A stretch of 32,000 nucleotides of DNA from Bacillus subtilis subsp. subtilis str. 168 (GCF_000009045.1 NC_000964.3:3480001-3512000); one strand, 5' to 3'. Shown: positions 20,386 to 32,000, counted from the stretch's first letter. Translations and numbers: made by a program. Notes: generated from the sequence alone by a model not told the origin.

Positions 20386-21597
20386 ATGGACAAACAATTG
20401 AATGATGCACCATGCGGTTTCCTCGCTTTGTCAGAAGAGGGGTCGATCATAGCTGCCAACCGCACCCTTATCAAGATTCTGGATTATGAACCGGAGCAGG
20501 TTATCGGCCAGCACATGAATATGATGTTGACCATTCCCGCGCAGCTTTTCTGCCAGCTTTATTTTTTTCCGCTTTTGAAATTGGAGCATCACATCGAAGA
20601 AATATACATTTCCCTGAAAGCAAGAGATGGAGAAGAAATTCCCGTCCTTATCAATGCTATTGCGAGACACGATAGCGGGGCTTCTGTCTTTGATTGTGTT
20701 CTGATTCCAATGCGAAAGCGAAATGAATATGAAAATGAGCTGCTGATAGCCAGAAATGAGGCTCAGGAAGCTTTGCTTGCCAAACAGAAAGCCAATGCGG
20801 AGTTAGAAATTGCCTTGGAAACGCTGAAAGCAAAACAAGAAGAACTTCTTGAGATCAATAAACAAAATCAACAATTTAAATTAAACACCAAAAGAGAGCT
20901 TGAACTCGCCAGAAAGATCCAGAAAAACTCGTTGACTGAACCGATTGTAAACGATCAGGTTCAGATTGACTCTTATTACAACGCATCGAGTGAATTGTCA
21001 GGTGATCTTTACGGATATTATCAAATCGATGAACACCGTTACGGCATTATTATCCTTGATGTGATGGGGCACGGAATTTCATCTGCATTGATTACGATGT
21101 CTCTTCATCCTTTGTTCCAGCGCCAGATCACGCAAGGTCTCAGCCCCGTTAAAGTTATGAAGGAATTGGACCGGCACCTTCACAGCTTGTTTCAAAATGA
21201 TGAGGAAGCAAGACATTATTGCACTGCTATTTATCTCGAGATTGATATAGCACGGCAAAGAATTGATTATGTCAACGCAGGGCATCCGCCGGCACTTTGG
21301 CAGGACGATAGCGGAACTCAACATCTGCTTCACGCGACCTCGCCTCCGATCGGGATGTTTGAAGACTTAGAGTTTCAGTCAAGCAGCCTTTCATACACGG
21401 AGGACGGAAGATTGCTTCTGTATACGGATGGCGTGATGGATCCTACGGCTTCATGTTATTTATTTGATTTACTAAAGGATCATCCTGATTCGCCAATCGC
21501 TGACCTGAAGGAGAAAATCCTTACATCACTGCAGCATCAAAAGGAAGCTCATCATAAGAGTGATGACGAATGTTTTATATTAGTTGATGTAAAATAA
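20386..21597 (+). CDS. rsbP: PAS-coiled-coil-PP2C phosphatase RsbP, energy-stress input to sigmaB (403 aa)
   Basis: It has an N-terminal PAS domain, a central coiled coil (EALLAKQKANAELEIALETLKAKQEELLEINK), and a C-terminal PP2C/SpoIIE domain (SGDLYGY, DVMGHG). Confidence 0.95.
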   Translation: MDKQLNDAPCGFLALSEEGSIIAANRTLIKILDYEPEQVIGQHMNMMLTIPAQLFCQLYFFPLLKLEHHIEEIYISLKARDGEEIPVLINAIARHDSGASVFDCVLIPMRKRNEYENELLIARNEAQEALLAKQKANAELEIALETLKAKQEELLEINKQNQQFKLNTKRELELARKIQKNSLTEPIVNDQVQIDSYYNASSELSGDLYGYYQIDEHRYGIIILDVMGHGISSALITMSLHPLFQRQITQGLSPVKVMKELDRHLHSLFQNDEEARHYCTAIYLEIDIARQRIDYVNAGHPPALWQDDSGTQHLLHATSPPIGMFEDLEFQSSSLSYTEDGRLLLYTDGVMDPTASCYLFDLLKDHPDSPIADLKEKILTSLQHQKEAHHKSDDECFILVDVK

Positions 21598-21601
21598 AAT
21601 G

Positions 21602-21647
21602 ATCCATGAGACATAACAATGATTTGTTACATCTCATGGATTTTTTT
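21602..21647. terminator. Bidirectional terminator shared by rsbP and ganB
   Basis: ATCCATGAGACATAACA-ATGAT-TTGTTACATCTCATGGAT is followed by TTTTTTT on the + strand, with an A-rich flank on the other side. Confidence 0.8.
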
Positions 21648-21650
21648 GTT

Positions 21651-25083
<3,433 letters not shown>

Positions 25084-25101
25084 ATTCTCCTCCTTGTTCT
25101 C

Positions 25102-25953
25102 TTAGCCCTTCGTTCCGCCTGCGGTTAATCCGGACACAAAATTCTTTTGCAGCATAATAAAGATGACGGCAACCGGTATGCTGATAAGCAGGGCTCCGGC
25201 CGCAAATGTCGTATAGCTGGCCCCCATGACATCATTCACTAAATTGAATAGACCGACGGGCAATGTATATGATTCAGGCGTTCTCAATATGGTTGAGGAC
25301 AGCACAAAATCTCCGAGCGGACCGGTAAAGCCGTTCATGGCCACGACTGCCGCCATCGGTTTTGATAATGGCAGAATGATCTGGAAGAAGATTCTGGTGC
25401 TGCTGGCTCCGTCAATCTTGGCGCTTTCGTCTAAATCCATCGGAATGGAATCCATGTACCCTTTCATCAAATACGTATTCATCGGGATCAGGCCGCCGAT
25501 ATAAAGCAAGATTAGCAGCCAGTGGCTATTGATCATTCCCAAGATTTGCGCCAGCACAAACAAGGCAATTAAAGCTGAAAACTGAGGAATCATCTGCAGC
25601 AATAAAAAGAGCGTTAAAGCGTATTTCCTCCCTTTAAACCGAAAGCGCGAAAACGCATAGGCCGTAAACGTCACACAGAGCAAAGACCCTGCCATTGTAA
25701 ACAGGCTGATCTTCATAGAGTTGACATACCACTGCACATATTGAAGGCTTTCCTTGCCCGCAAATAATTCCTTGTAATGATCGAATGTCGGATGCTTCGG
25801 AATGATGGATGTACTGATTAAGCTGTTGCCGGGATTAAAGCTTGCGCCTGCCGTCCAAAGGAGAGGATAAACAATGATGACCGCCATAAAGGCTAGCAAC
25901 AAGTAAGAGAAAAGGAGACGGATATATCTTCTGACTTTCATATCTGCCAGCAT
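25102..25953 (-). CDS. ganQ: Galactooligosaccharide ABC transporter permease (MalG-like, 283 aa)
   Basis: It has 6 TM segments and the EAA loop ESAKIDGASSTRIFFQIILP. Confidence 0.93.
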   Translation of the reverse strand: MLADMKVRRYIRLLFSYLLLAFMAVIIVYPLLWTAGASFNPGNSLISTSIIPKHPTFDHYKELFAGKESLQYVQWYVNSMKISLFTMAGSLLCVTFTAYAFSRFRFKGRKYALTLFLLLQMIPQFSALIALFVLAQILGMINSHWLLILLYIGGLIPMNTYLMKGYMDSIPMDLDESAKIDGASSTRIFFQIILPLSKPMAAVVAMNGFTGPLGDFVLSSTILRTPESYTLPVGLFNLVNDVMGASYTTFAAGALLISIPVAVIFIMLQKNFVSGLTAGGTKG

Positions 25954-25956
25954 ACC

Positions 25957-27213
25957 TTATGCCTCCTCTTTAAAAGACTTTGTCTGTCTGAACTGCCACA
26001 ATGCGATGGAGATAACAAATACAGATAATAAAATGGTTAAAGCCGCAGCAAGTGAATATTGGCTGGACTGCATTGTCAATTTATAAATCCATGAAACGAG
26101 GATATCTGTCCCGCCGGCTGTTGATCCGGTTACAGCCGGACCTCCGCCATTGAATAGATAGATAATATTAAAGTTATTAAAGTTAAACGTAAACTGAGTA
26201 ATGATAATCGGAGCCATTGCAATGAACACCATCGGAAGCGTGATGTATCTCAGCTTTGAAAAGACAGAAGCGCCATCAATCGTAGCTGCTTCATACAGAT
26301 CGTCCGGGATGGATTGCAATACGCCTGTTGAGACGAGAAAGATGTACGGAAATCCGAGCCAGCCCTGCATGAGAATCAATGCAAGCCTCGACCAATTGGC
26401 ATCTGTCATCCACGGAAGCGGATCTATCCCGAAGAAAGCCAAGATGTCGTGATTCATCGCACCGAAGCTATCATTAAACAGTCCCGCAAAAATTAAAATC
26501 GTCACAAAACCGGGAACGGCCCATGGCAAAATCAGAATCGTCCGAAAAAAACGTTTAAACCGAAGGTCTTTCTGGTTAACAATGATCGCGAGAAAAATCC
26601 CCAAGGTGACTTGCAGTGTGGATGCAGCAAGTGTCCAAACCACCGTCCAAGCCAGTACATCAAAAAAAGTCGACCTCCAAATATCAACTGTGAAAATATT
26701 TGCGAACGTTTGAAAACCGACCCAATCAATTAATTTTGCAGGAGGAGAATGATACAAATCATAGTTTGTAAACGCTAATGCAAAGCTGAATAAGATAGGA
26801 AAGATCACGGCGAAAATTAAAATAAACAAAGATGGGCCGCTGACGACATAAGGATAGCCCTCAGAAATGATATGCTGGTATTGTTCCTTTAAGGAACTTA
26901 ATGGCTTATTTTCATCACGCTGTTTTCCGCTTTGGAACGCATCGCGAAGATTTACATAATACACCGCAAGGCCAAAGCAGGTCACGATGACAGCAATAAT
27001 CCCTTCCGCCAGCAGAAAAACGGAATTATCCCGCGGCACTTCTGTTCCCAGTGTAAAGATTCCCCAAAACCCCATATTGAGCAGATCTCCAAAGACCGCA
27101 AAAAACGATGCGCCTAAGAAAAGAAAGACAATACCTTTTATCCATTGCTTGTTATAAAATTGCCCGAGTCCCGGAATGATAGAAAGCAACAAAGCGACTT
27201 GACGATGCTGCAC
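25957..27213 (-). CDS. ganP: Galactooligosaccharide ABC transporter permease (MalF-like, 418 aa)
   Basis: The ORF 25957..27222 is trimmed by 3 codons. The first GTG lies inside the SD (AGAGAGGTGA), and the second GTG (27213) lies 6 nt after it. The EAA loop is EAATIDGASVFSKLRYITLP. Confidence 0.88.
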   Translation of the reverse strand: MQHRQVALLLSIIPGLGQFYNKQWIKGIVFLFLGASFFAVFGDLLNMGFWGIFTLGTEVPRDNSVFLLAEGIIAVIVTCFGLAVYYVNLRDAFQSGKQRDENKPLSSLKEQYQHIISEGYPYVVSGPSLFILIFAVIFPILFSFALAFTNYDLYHSPPAKLIDWVGFQTFANIFTVDIWRSTFFDVLAWTVVWTLAASTLQVTLGIFLAIIVNQKDLRFKRFFRTILILPWAVPGFVTILIFAGLFNDSFGAMNHDILAFFGIDPLPWMTDANWSRLALILMQGWLGFPYIFLVSTGVLQSIPDDLYEAATIDGASVFSKLRYITLPMVFIAMAPIIITQFTFNFNNFNIIYLFNGGGPAVTGSTAGGTDILVSWIYKLTMQSSQYSLAAALTILLSVFVISIALWQFRQTKSFKEEA

Positions 27214-27252
27214 CGTTTTCACCTCTCTTACAATACAAATCTAGCTTTCTCT

Positions 27253-28518
27253 TTATTTTCCGCTGTGCTTTGCCTTAATTTGTCCTTTGGCCGTTTCAGC
27301 TGCTTGATCCAATGCTTGTTTCGGATCTGCCTTCCCTGTTGCAACCGTCTGTAATGCTGAATCAGCCGGCGTCCATATTTCATTCATTTCCGGAATATTT
27401 GGTGTTGGCTCTGAGAAACGGGATTGTTCAGTAACAGCCCGTGCCGCCTCGCTTTTCATAATAGCCGGGTCATTGGCTAGGGATTTCACAGCAGGAACTT
27501 CTTTCGTTTCTTCATATCGTGTTTTAGAATTTTTTTCATTTGCCAGGAAAACGGCTAATTCTTGCGCCAGCTCTTCATTCTTTGAAAATGCACTGACGTT
27601 GTAGCTTTTGACGCCGATAAAGGAGCTCATGTTTTTCCCATTTTCCAGCTTCGGCAGTTTCGTAATGCCATAATTGATTCCTGCATTCGAAAAGGCTTCT
27701 ACATTCCATGGACCAGAAATAATTGCGGCGGCTTTTCCTTCTGTGAACAGCGATTCCAACACGTTAATCCCTTGTTCTCCAATAATGCCAGCCGGGAACA
27801 GGCCATCTTTGTAAAACTTCTGAATCAGCGCCGCACCTTTGACAGCTCCTTCATTATTGATTCCAATGTCTGACGGGTTATAGCTCCCATCTTTGGCCTT
27901 TCCAAAAATGTATCCGCCATATCCGCTCATCACACTTTCTGCATAATAAATTTGATCGAATAGGGCTAAAAAGCCAAATTTGCTGCCGTCAGCAGTCTTT
28001 TTGGAATAGTCGTACCACTCTTCCAGCGTTTTGGGCAATTCCTTTTCTGTGATGAGATCTTTGTTGTAAAAAAGCACAGTCGTTTCGACCGCTTTTGGCA
28101 GTCCATAAAGCTTTTGATCTACCATTTGAGACTGAATGGAAGCGTCAGTATAAAGTGATTGAACGTCTTTTTTGACATGTAATTCCTTGAGTAATCCTTC
28201 CGTGACAGCGGTTCCGATTTGGTCCCCTGGCATTGTTAACACGTCAGGGCCTGTGCCGGCCGGTCCATCCATTCGCAAATCTTCAATCTGCTTGGCATAC
28301 GGTTTTTCAACGACTTTGACCTTCACATCATGCTCTTTTTCAAATGCAGCCACAGCGTCTTTAATGCCGTTGCTCTTTTCTTTATCCTCCCATACAACAA
28401 GCTCTGACCCTTTTGAACTCGATTTGGCGCTGCTGCTTTCCTTTGGGCCGCAAGCCGCCAAGGATAAACTGACAGCTGCGCAGAGCATGAATACGGAACA
28501 CTTTTTTGCCATTTTCAT
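27253..28518 (-). CDS. ganS: Galactooligosaccharide/cyclodextrin-binding lipoprotein (family 1 SBP, 421 aa)
   Basis: The lipobox is LSLAAC-G. It is a MalE-like solute-binding protein and the first gene of ganSPQAB. Confidence 0.93.
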   Translation of the reverse strand: MKMAKKCSVFMLCAAVSLSLAACGPKESSSAKSSSKGSELVVWEDKEKSNGIKDAVAAFEKEHDVKVKVVEKPYAKQIEDLRMDGPAGTGPDVLTMPGDQIGTAVTEGLLKELHVKKDVQSLYTDASIQSQMVDQKLYGLPKAVETTVLFYNKDLITEKELPKTLEEWYDYSKKTADGSKFGFLALFDQIYYAESVMSGYGGYIFGKAKDGSYNPSDIGINNEGAVKGAALIQKFYKDGLFPAGIIGEQGINVLESLFTEGKAAAIISGPWNVEAFSNAGINYGITKLPKLENGKNMSSFIGVKSYNVSAFSKNEELAQELAVFLANEKNSKTRYEETKEVPAVKSLANDPAIMKSEAARAVTEQSRFSEPTPNIPEMNEIWTPADSALQTVATGKADPKQALDQAAETAKGQIKAKHSGK

Positions 28519-28542
28519 TGATTGTCACCCTTTCGGTAGGAA

Positions 28543-28556
28543 TGAAAGCGCTTTAA
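28543..28556. promoter_or_regulatory. cre box in the ganS leader
   Basis: TGAAAGCGCTTTAA is a 13/14 match to TGWAANCGNTNWCA. It lies just downstream of the ganS -10. Confidence 0.7.
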
Positions 28557-28560
28557 AGAT

Positions 28561-28589
28561 AATATAGCATGCCTGAGAAAATGTGTAAA
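28561..28589 (-). promoter_or_regulatory. ganS operon sigmaA promoter (TTTACA-17-TATATT)
   Basis: On the - strand, -35 TTTACA is at 28589-28584 and -10 TATATT at 28566-28561, with a 17-nt spacer. Confidence 0.7.
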
Positions 28590-28614
28590 CAAACTATTTA
28601 CTTCATAGAGTAAA
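28585..28614. promoter_or_regulatory. Candidate GanR operator: overlapping inverted repeats built from AGTAAA/TTTACT half-sites
   Basis: GTAAAC-AAACTA-TTTAC (28585-28601) overlaps TTTACT-TCATAG-AGTAAA (28597-28614). The first repeat covers the -35. Confidence 0.55.
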
Positions 28615-28625
28615 TTTTTTTACCT

Positions 28626-28656
28626 AAATAAAAAATGACTTAGTGTCCTAAGTCAT
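28626..28656 (-). terminator. ganR terminator
   Basis: The - strand reads ATGACTTAG-GACA-CTAAGTCAT followed by TTTTTATTT, starting right at the ganR stop. Confidence 0.8.
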
Positions 28657-28658
28657 CC

Positions 28659-29669
<1,011 letters not shown>

Positions 29670-29686
29670 TCAGCTCGCATTGTTTT

Positions 29687-29722
29687 AGTAAAATATTTTA
29701 CTTTCTTTTTCACAAATGTCAA
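29687..29722 (-). promoter_or_regulatory. ganR promoter (TTGACA-16-TAAAAT) with a perfect 16-bp palindrome over the -10
   Basis: On the - strand, -35 TTGACA is at 29722-29717 and -10 TAAAAT at 29700-29695. The palindrome AGTAAAATATTTTACT occupies 29687-29702. Confidence 0.6.
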
Positions 29723-29749
29723 GTGCACAAAGCCCTCTGGCTGCCATGT

Positions 29750-29780
29750 AAAAAGACTGAACCATTTGCGGCTCAGTCTC
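29750..29780 (-). terminator. lutR terminator
   Basis: The - strand reads AGACTGAGCC-GCAAAT-GGTTCAGTCT followed by TTTTAC, about 50 nt after the lutR stop. Confidence 0.7.
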
Positions 29781-29830
29781 AGTTGTTCGTATCATTCGGA
29801 ACCGGCGGAATTGCCCGGGAAATGAGTTGG

Positions 29831-30490
29831 TTATTGCACATTTTCCTCGAAATATCCCGAAAGCACATCTTCCACATTCGTCAAATGCGCCAGCATGGCG
29901 GCTTCCGCCTGTGCACCGTTCCCGGCAGCCACAGCATTGTAAATCCGTTCGTGCTCCTCATACAGCCGCTGAACGGAGGTCTTCTTGGAAAACAGCCAGA
30001 TTTTCCTCGTTTCCCTCATTGTTTCCAGCAGCAATGATGACACGTGATTCATCAAGTGTTTAAGAAGTTCATTTTGAGAAGCGTCCGCAAGCGCAAGATG
30101 AAATGCAAAGTCTGCTTTCTCTCCCAGCTCCCCGTCCGCTTCAATGCTGCCCATTTCCTTTAGTGCATCCTGAATTCTTTCGAGATCTGCTTCTGTCCTT
30201 TTTTCAGCCGCTAGTGAAGCCACGCCGATTTCAAGCAGTTTTCTGACCTCGAGCAGCTGCTTGACGTCCTCTTTTTTCATCAGAAGGGCGGCTGAGAGCG
30301 GCTGAGAAATTTGATTGAGCTCAAATTCCTTCAGATACGTGCCTTCTCCCTGTTTCATTTCGACAAGCCCCATCGCTTTTAGCGCAGAAAGTGCTTCGCG
30401 AACCGCTGAACGGCTGACTTGAAAGCTCTCAGCAAGCGCCTGAACAGAGTCCAGTTTATCCCCCGGCTTCAATTCGCCATTTTTGATCAT
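29831..30490 (-). CDS. lutR: GntR/FadR-family regulator of lactate utilisation; frame as it stands gives 219 aa and lacks the start of helix 1 (see findings)
   Basis: MIKNGELKPGDKLDSVQALAESFQVSRSAVREAL... has a wHTH plus an FCD domain. ATG 30490 has no SD. The in-frame upstream codons encode NKKIYEEVADALLD but are closed by a TAA. Confidence 0.85.
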   Translation of the reverse strand: MIKNGELKPGDKLDSVQALAESFQVSRSAVREALSALKAMGLVEMKQGEGTYLKEFELNQISQPLSAALLMKKEDVKQLLEVRKLLEIGVASLAAEKRTEADLERIQDALKEMGSIEADGELGEKADFAFHLALADASQNELLKHLMNHVSSLLLETMRETRKIWLFSKKTSVQRLYEEHERIYNAVAAGNGAQAEAAMLAHLTNVEDVLSGYFEENVQ

Positions 30491-30507
30491 ATCTAATAGG
30501 GCATCCG

Positions 30508-30552
30508 CTACTTCTTCATATATTTTTTTGTTTTAATCTGTTTATATTTCAA
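30508..30552 (-). other. Short upstream frame (TTG start with good SD, MKYKQIKTKKYMKK*) that would join lutR after a -1 shift in an A7 run
   Basis: The SD GGGGTGA (30565-30559) lies 6 nt before TTG 30552. The A7 run is at 30529-30523. The stop TAG is at 30510-30508. Confidence 0.6.
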
Positions 30553-30650
30553 TGCAATTCACCCCGTAACTTGTAGGTCTGGCTGTTTACGATCTATTAT
30601 ACTCTGTTTTGTGGGCCGCCAAAAGATTTTGACTATTTTGTCAAAAAGTC

Positions 30651-30679
30651 TTGTACTTTGATTTTTTTCAAAATATAAT
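30651..30679 (+). promoter_or_regulatory. lutP sigmaA promoter (TTGTAC-17-TATAAT)
   Basis: -35 TTGTAC is at 30651-30656 and a perfect -10 TATAAT at 30674-30679, with a 17-nt spacer. Confidence 0.7.
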
Positions 30680-30687
30680 GCTAGGTA

Positions 30688-30717
30688 ACTGGTCTTATTA
30701 CCCAGTCATCAGATGAT
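30688..30717. promoter_or_regulatory. Candidate LutR operator(s) in the lutP leader
   Basis: The inverted repeat ACTGG-TCTTATTAC-CCAGT (30688-30706) abuts the palindrome GTCATC-A-GATGAT (30705-30717). The latter shares its 12-nt core with the lutA leader palindrome. Confidence 0.55.
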
Positions 30718-30729
30718 CATATCATCTAT

Positions 30730-30743
30730 AGAAACCGCTTACA
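30730..30743. promoter_or_regulatory. cre box in the lutP leader
   Basis: AGAAACCGCTTACA is a 13/14 match to TGWAANCGNTNWCA. It lies 37 nt upstream of the lutP ATG. Confidence 0.6.
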
Positions 30744-30779
30744 TATGGCGCCAGTTTATGTTTCAAGGAGGGGTTTGGG

Positions 30780-32000
30780 ATGCAATGGACACAGGCATAT
30801 ACGCCTATAGGGGGAAATTTGCTATTATCAGCGCTTGCCGCACTTGTACCGATTATTTTCTTTTTTTGGGCACTCGCGATTAAACGGATGAAGGGGTATA
30901 CAGCAGGCTTGGCCACATTGGGGATCGCCCTTATCATTGCTGTATTGGTTTATCGTATGCCGGCGGAAAAAGCGCTGATGTCCGCGACACAAGGAGCCGT
31001 ATACGGATTGTTGCCGATCGGCTGGATCATTGTGACGTCTGTTTTTTTGTATAAAATCACTGTGAAAACGGGACAGTTTGATATCATTCGCAGCTCTGTT
31101 CTCTCGATTACTGATGACCGACGGCTTCAAGCTCTCTTGATCGCTTTTTCATTCGGGGCTTTTTTAGAAGGGGCAGCAGGCTTCGGAGCGCCGGTCGCCA
31201 TTTCTGCCGCGCTGCTGGTCGGTCTCGGCTTTAATCCTCTTTATGCTGCGGGGATCTGTTTGATCGCCAATACGGCGCCGGTTGCCTTTGGGGCAATTGG
31301 GATTCCAATTACAGCCGTAGAAGGGCCGACAGGGATTCCGGCGATGGAGATTTCGCAAATGGTTGGGCGGCAGCTGCCGTTTTTATCCGTATTTATTCCT
31401 CTTTATTTAATCATCATCATGAGCGGGTTCAGGAAAGCCTTGGAGATCTGGCCGGCGATTCTCGTATCCGGTGTTTCCTTTGCTGTTGTTCAATATCTCA
31501 GTTCCAATTTTTTAGGGCCTGAGCTGCCCGATGTTTTGTCAGCTCTTGTTTCAATGGCTGCGCTTGCTGTGTTTTTGAAATGGTGGAAGCCGAAAACAAC
31601 ATTCCGGTTTGCCGGTGAACAAGAGTCGGCCGCCTCAATTGAAACGGCGCGCACAAATCCGGCGGCGCCTGCATACAGAGGCGGACAGATTTTTAAGGCT
31701 TGGTCGCCATTTCTGCTGCTGACGGCGATGATTTCCGTATGGGGCATTCCATCTGTCAAATCCGCGCTGACCGGGCATTATGAAGGCTCTGCGGTGTTCT
31801 TGAAGTGGCTGAATGCTGTTGGAGAAAAACTGACTTTTTCCCCCGGTGTGCCTTTTTTGAACAATCAGATTGTCAATGCTGACGGTACGCCGATTGAAGC
31901 GGTTTACAAGTTGGAGGTGCTTGGTTCGGCCGGCACCGCGATATTGATTGCCGCAGTGCTGTCAAAATTCATCACGGCGATTTCGTGGAAAGACTGGGGA
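30780..32000 (+). CDS. lutP: L-lactate permease (LctP family), first 407 codons; continues past window end
   Basis: ATG 30780 lies 6 nt after AAGGAGGGG. The translation is MQWTQAYTPIGGNLLLSALAALVPIIFFFWALAIKRMKGYTAGLATLGIA... The frame is open to the window end. It is not in the ORF track because no stop lies within the window. Confidence 0.92.
   Translation, partial: MQWTQAYTPIGGNLLLSALAALVPIIFFFWALAIKRMKGYTAGLATLGIALIIAVLVYRMPAEKALMSATQGAVYGLLPIGWIIVTSVFLYKITVKTGQFDIIRSSVLSITDDRRLQALLIAFSFGAFLEGAAGFGAPVAISAALLVGLGFNPLYAAGICLIANTAPVAFGAIGIPITAVEGPTGIPAMEISQMVGRQLPFLSVFIPLYLIIIMSGFRKALEIWPAILVSGVSFAVVQYLSSNFLGPELPDVLSALVSMAALAVFLKWWKPKTTFRFAGEQESAASIETARTNPAAPAYRGGQIFKAWSPFLLLTAMISVWGIPSVKSALTGHYEGSAVFLKWLNAVGEKLTFSPGVPFLNNQIVNADGTPIEAVYKLEVLGSAGTAILIAAVLSKFITAISWKDWG

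Noticed and set aside
30722-31759. Four 64-100-aa - strand ORFs inside lutP
   Set aside because: They are antisense to a clearly coding permease frame that is open for the full 407 codons to the window end.

Overview
The window reads as one contiguous core-chromosome segment of Bacillus subtilis (168-like). I identified it by recognising the encoded proteins and operators from memory; no alignment was run. It runs from the 5' end of tpiA to about codon 407 of lutP. Gene order, mostly on the - strand: tpiA' pgk gapA cggR | araE <-> araR | yvbT yvbU <-> yvbV >< yvbW (Leu T-box leader) yvbX | lutC lutB lutA | yvfU yvfT yvfS yvfR <-> rsbQ rsbP >< ganB ganA ganQ ganP ganS | ganR | lutR <-> lutP'. 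That is 28 protein genes covering glycolysis, arabinose uptake and regulation, lactate utilisation, galactan utilisation, the energy-stress branch of sigmaB activation, and several y-genes. Several regulatory sites can be read directly: the CggR operator, three AraR boxes, a complete T-box leader, cre-like boxes, candidate GanR and LutR palindromes, sigmaA-type promoters and intrinsic terminators. I saw no rRNA, tRNA, CRISPR array, transposase, integrase, phage module or obvious horizontally acquired island. I found no convincing evidence for a new multi-gene system, because the gene content is ordinary and well studied. The observations most worth a second look are as follows. (1) The lutR reading frame is interrupted at an A7 run that is also a canonical A_AAA_AAA -1 slippery heptamer, and a good SD+TTG start plus the helix-1 codons lie upstream of the only usable ATG. 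(2) A 12-nt core, GTCATCAGATGA, inside palindromes is shared by the lutABC and lutP leaders. (3) The 316-bp gapA-pgk spacer is unusually GC-rich and structured, with a promoter-like element, a terminator-like hairpin and three CTGCCCT repeats. (4) An exact 16-nt cre-like repeat brackets araE. (5) A perfect 16-bp palindrome lies on the ganR promoter, with related half-sites on the ganS promoter. (6) yvfRSTU is an uncharacterised ABC-2 exporter plus DesK-like two-component module with repeat motifs in its control region. Several ORF-track calls carry spurious N-terminal extensions, which I trimmed using SD spacing: pgk, araR, lutA, lutC, ganB, ganP and ganR (plus yvfR, trimmed by one codon from a GTG to the adjacent ATG).
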